A stretch of 63,706 bases of DNA, counting the filler, from Globobulimina sp. (lineage: Eukaryota): the NCBI GenBank assembly GCA_003354225.1. It is 51 parts of 51 records of this genome, joined end to end, with 100 filler letters (N's around TTAATTAATTAA, not from the genome) between each part and the next. Parts side by side here need not be neighbours in the genome. Positions count along the whole stretch, not along the records: positions 60,057 to 61,206 come from PIVH01022275.1; positions 61,307 to 62,456 come from PIVH01022276.1; positions 62,557 to 63,706 come from PIVH01022277.1; 48 more parts are not named here. The stretch is one strand, 5' to 3'. The position numbers were made by a program, and so were the translations under genes. Numbering within the stretch: the stretch's first letter is position 1; every line of letters begins with the position of its first letter. This document shows, one piece after another, positions 60,090 to 63,706 of the stretch. The notes beneath the pieces are model-generated. The model was given only the letters and a program-made list of their open reading frames with translations. It was not told where the DNA came from and did no database searches.

Positions 60090-60908
60090 TTATACAATGA
60101 GTGCAAGGATATAAATATTTTTTATATTATAGAATGTATTAACTCCTCGTTTGCCAAAATTGACTTTGATTCTCTCTCTACCAAATACATTAATAAATGT
60201 ATGTTTATCCAAAACTAAACAGTGTAACTGATTATTATTAGATTTGACCGTTGCATTCCTTGGTTTTGAAGTTAATAACGCAGTTTCTCCAAAATAATCG
60301 CCAGGATGTAATATAGCAACAATATCCTCCGATGTCGGTGTCTTAATAATCACCGAAGCATTGCCTTTGGTGATAATAAAGAATTCGAAGCCACTCTCAT
60401 TTTGTTGGATTATAATCTGATTTTTACTGTAGATCTTCTGTTTGAATGCCTTGCCTAAATTATATCTGTCATCACGAGATAAGCGTGCTAACAGAGGTAC
60501 TTTTTCTAAGTAATCGGCGATTACAGCGGCTCGCTGAGACACTGCGTTTGAACGAATAGTATTCCCATTGTTGCTTAATGGTTTTTTATATTGTTTCTGT
60601 TTTTTTCTATTTTGATAGGAACGAGAATGATTATATTTTGTTGCTGTGGCTGTTGCTGTTGCTGTGCCAGTTGTGGTTGAATGTGGTTTTGGATGGTATG
60701 GTTTATAGTGTTTATGATATGAAGAAGTTGATTTGTTTGCCGTTTCATTGTTATAATGAGGTTTATGTGGTGTGTTATTGGCTAAGTTGTGATTGGTTGG
60801 TGGTTGTGCTTGAGACAAATGATTGTTTGTATTGTGTGGATCTTTTTGATCTTCATTTGTATTGCCAGATTGAAAGAATTTACTTTTGATTGCTGTGTAA
60901 GGGTTCAT
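60090..60908 (-). CDS. Cyclic-nucleotide-binding protein (PKA regulatory/PKG-like), first exon
   Basis: IIQQNESGFEFFIITKG...GDYFGETALL..KPRNATV. Confidence 0.9.
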   Translation of the reverse strand: MNPYTAIKSKFFQSGNTNEDQKDPHNTNNHLSQAQPPTNHNLANNTPHKPHYNNETANKSTSSYHKHYKPYHPKPHSTTTGTATATATATKYNHSRSYQNRKKQKQYKKPLSNNGNTIRSNAVSQRAAVIADYLEKVPLLARLSRDDRYNLGKAFKQKIYSKNQIIIQQNESGFEFFIITKGNASVIIKTPTSEDIVAILHPGDYFGETALLTSKPRNATVKSNNNQLHCLVLDKHTFINVFGRERIKVNFGKRGVNTFYNIKNIYILALIV

Positions 60909-61496
60909 TCTACAAAACTGATGTTAGTAGTGCAGTTTTTTAGAGATACGGCCCATCATACGGGTAGATCGTTGATCGTTCAGAGTCAGATAAGTGAGAT
61001 AACTGGCATATAGAAATGATTATAAAAGTAACAGCCAATTAGTGCAATAATAATCTGTCATATTTAATAACCTAGTAATTAGTTGATTATTCAGTAAAAC
61101 TTTGGTTTCGTCATCTACAGATATAATTAGATTAGATTAGATTAGATGAATTTAACATAAACTATGTGAGAACACAAAGTTCAGCAATAAATATGTAACA
61201 GTAACANNNNNNNNNNNNNNNNNNNNNNNNNNNNNNNNNNNNNNNNNNNNTTAATTAATTAANNNNNNNNNNNNNNNNNNNNNNNNNNNNNNNNNNNNNN
61301 NNNNNNAATGCCCATTTCAGAGAAATAGTTATAAAATCACGTTATTTTTATGTTGACGTTTAGTTTTTATTGACTTAATTGTTTTCTTGTATGTATTTCT
61401 GTGATCTTTTATTGCTCTTATTCCAAACCGCAACTTTGTGGTGTATTGTGAATCTTAATATGAGAGTAAACGAACTTGAACTTGAACTTGAACATC

Positions 61497-62390
61497 TCGT
61501 GGAAATTACTTGGCACGATGCCAAAGTGAGCAAATACGAGTAAATTACTTAACACGTTGCCAAAAATGCATAGTTTCACACCATAATATTGTTAGTGTGA
61601 ATTGATGCGTGCATAATATCATCGCTTGATACCACAATTCGTGGAAATTACTTGGCATATTGCCAAAAAAAGTGATGTCAGTTACAGGATGTTCACATTT
61701 TGCGTAGTTTCACACCATAGTATTGTTAGTGTGAATTGATGCGTACATAATATCACCGCTTGATACCACATTTCGTGGAAATTACTAAAAGTTTATGTAT
61801 GTATGGCTGCAGTTTACGTCAAATCATAAGGCTAGCTTATATACTTAACTGATATCATTGAGTAAATATGTGAACCGACGAAATTTCAGTCAAGTTTTAA
61901 GTCTTCAGACAACGGACATATGAAAATTGCATCAATTTCGATTTCGGCTAACGAAATTTACGTCAAATCATAAGGCTTGGCTACTGAAAATAAATTTAAA
62001 CAACTCTAAATCATACAATATTATATAATTACTTCTATGCACTGCATAAAATTGCTCAAACGTATATTTATAAATGTTTAATAGTGTCGGCCCAAGTACT
62101 TGGTACTTGGGTTACTTGATTATAATACTGTTTTATGCATTTAAGTGGTTTAACCTCCCTTCACCCGACTATCCGTTAATGAATATAAGTAGCTGAAATT
62201 GGCCTAGAGCGTCGGTGTTTTAATACATGTGAGACGTATGCGTGTGTGTATATAGACGTCAACTCTACTGCTATCAATATGAATTAAAAACTAACTATTT
62301 ATTTCTCTAAACAGACTACGCATAGCAATCAACTTGCAGTAACTCTAATGTTTGCATGTCTAAACAATTAAAGCAATCAACTTGCAGTAG
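61497..62390. repeat. Non-coding contig with several imperfect direct repeats
   Basis: tagtttcacaccata...gataccaca..tcgtggaaattact twice (about 61570-61650 and 61705-61786); tttacgtcaaatcataaggct twice; agcaatcaacttgcagta twice. Confidence 0.85.
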
Positions 62391-62869
62391 TGTTTCCGTA
62401 CAAGTTAGACAGACAGACACTAAACAAATGAAATATGTATTAAGAAACAGTGAGGCNNNNNNNNNNNNNNNNNNNNNNNNNNNNNNNNNNNNNNNNNNNN
62501 TTAATTAATTAANNNNNNNNNNNNNNNNNNNNNNNNNNNNNNNNNNNNNNNNNNNNACGTATACTACACATCATGGAACATCGATGACGAATATTAGAAA
62601 AGTTAGAAACGAATTAAGAAACTTTCTAACTTCCGTGATGTGTATACCGCGACAACACAAAAATATATACACACAAAAAAACTAAAAAATAACTCGATCG
62701 ATCGAGGAGATCATTACACTTATTAAGCCATTATATAAATGGATTAATAAACGAAAATGAAAAAAAAACAAAAAATGGCAATATACAAACGGGGGACGGA
62801 GGGCATTGCTAACCACACACAAAAGCAAGCTACAAAAAAAGTACAATAAATAAAGAATAGATGAAATAG

Positions 62870-63706
62870 TCAATGCATTTTTTGATTATAATAATTACAA
62901 TTAAAATGCTGTATTTCTTCTCTATGATAATCAAAAACCATTTTTCGAACAGATTTAGGTGTAATTAAATTAAAAATTCGATGAAAACAAGTTTGAACAT
63001 ACAATATTTCATTAATCATATCATTGAGACCTGGCGTGATTTTTAATTTAATGATATGATGAAGCGGAGAATATGAAGCCAATGCATTAATTGACTGCTT
63101 AACTGAATGATGGTCGCACCATTGGTCACCAATGGATAAAATGTGAGAATATTTTGATTTGGTTTTATTTCCATTTAATATCGCATCGAAACATAATTGC
63201 TTCCATAGTATTGGTGTTCCATTTTGCAGAGTGTTGTTTTCAGCGTACATTGTTTGTGCTGAATCCATCGTAATCTTGTTTTTGTTTAACAATGTTTCAA
63301 TTTGTTTGTAAACTTTGCTAATACACGCTGCGACACATAAACTCTCACCAATCCATCCAGCGACAGAATTTGAAACAATATGAATATTTTTAGCTCCATA
63401 TTTCTTAATTAATCCAGTCAATAATGTTAGTGTTAAAGCACCCAATTTATTTAATAACGCTACATGTTCATCGCAAACAGTTATAAAACCGTTTGTGTTT
63501 TTATTATGTAACATTTCTACAATGAACGAAGTTGGAAACAGTGTATCATCTATGTATATATGTATATATTATTGTGTATCAAAATATAATCAAATGTAGA
63601 AATATAGAATGTAGAAATTACCCCAATCCATGAAAACTAATAAATTCCCATCTTCATTCATGTCATTTGCAATTTCATTACATGCTGAAATATCTCTGGG
63701 TGTATC
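62870..63706 (-). CDS. HAD-superfamily protein (DWDDTLFPT type); intron at 63550-63621
   Basis: Splicing restores LLVFMDWDDTLFPTSF; IHIVSNS and ILSIGD motifs follow. Confidence 0.85.

Overview
This window is not one locus. It is 51 unrelated contigs of 1150-1152 bp, sorted by decreasing length and joined by an artificial 100-nt linker (44 N + TTAATTAATTAA, a stop in all six frames, + 44 N). No neighbourhood inference is valid across a linker. Most contigs come from an AT-rich microbial eukaryote with short GT-AG introns (53-77 nt where I could place them) and the standard code. The gene repertoire (TLDc, SPRY-like, 7TM, Kazal, LDLa, MYND, PT-repeat surface proteins) resembles a foraminiferan such as Reticulomyxa; that assignment is inference. 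Recognisable genes include kinesin-14, GST, proteasome beta1, choline-phosphate cytidylyltransferase, two VIT1/CCC1 transporters, PAP2 phosphatase, amidohydrolase, RNase HII, a cNMP-binding protein, an O-fucosyltransferase-like protein and a PARP/Gig2-like ADP-ribosyltransferase. Mobile DNA includes a degenerate Helitron, a LINE 3' end and a dispersed tRNA-derived repeat. Foreign material includes a phage-like contig, a bacterial tRNA-Leu with a sigma70 promoter, a bacterial ORF and an LSU rRNA sarcin-ricin loop. Several of these are fused to eukaryotic sequence inside one contig, as expected of whole-genome-amplification chimeras. I cannot support a new multi-gene system from fragments this short. 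The best single leads are a secreted Ser/Asp/Gly-repeat protein, a putatively mitochondrial cold-shock-domain protein, the stand-alone H-Y-E ADP-ribosyltransferase and the tRNA-derived repeat.
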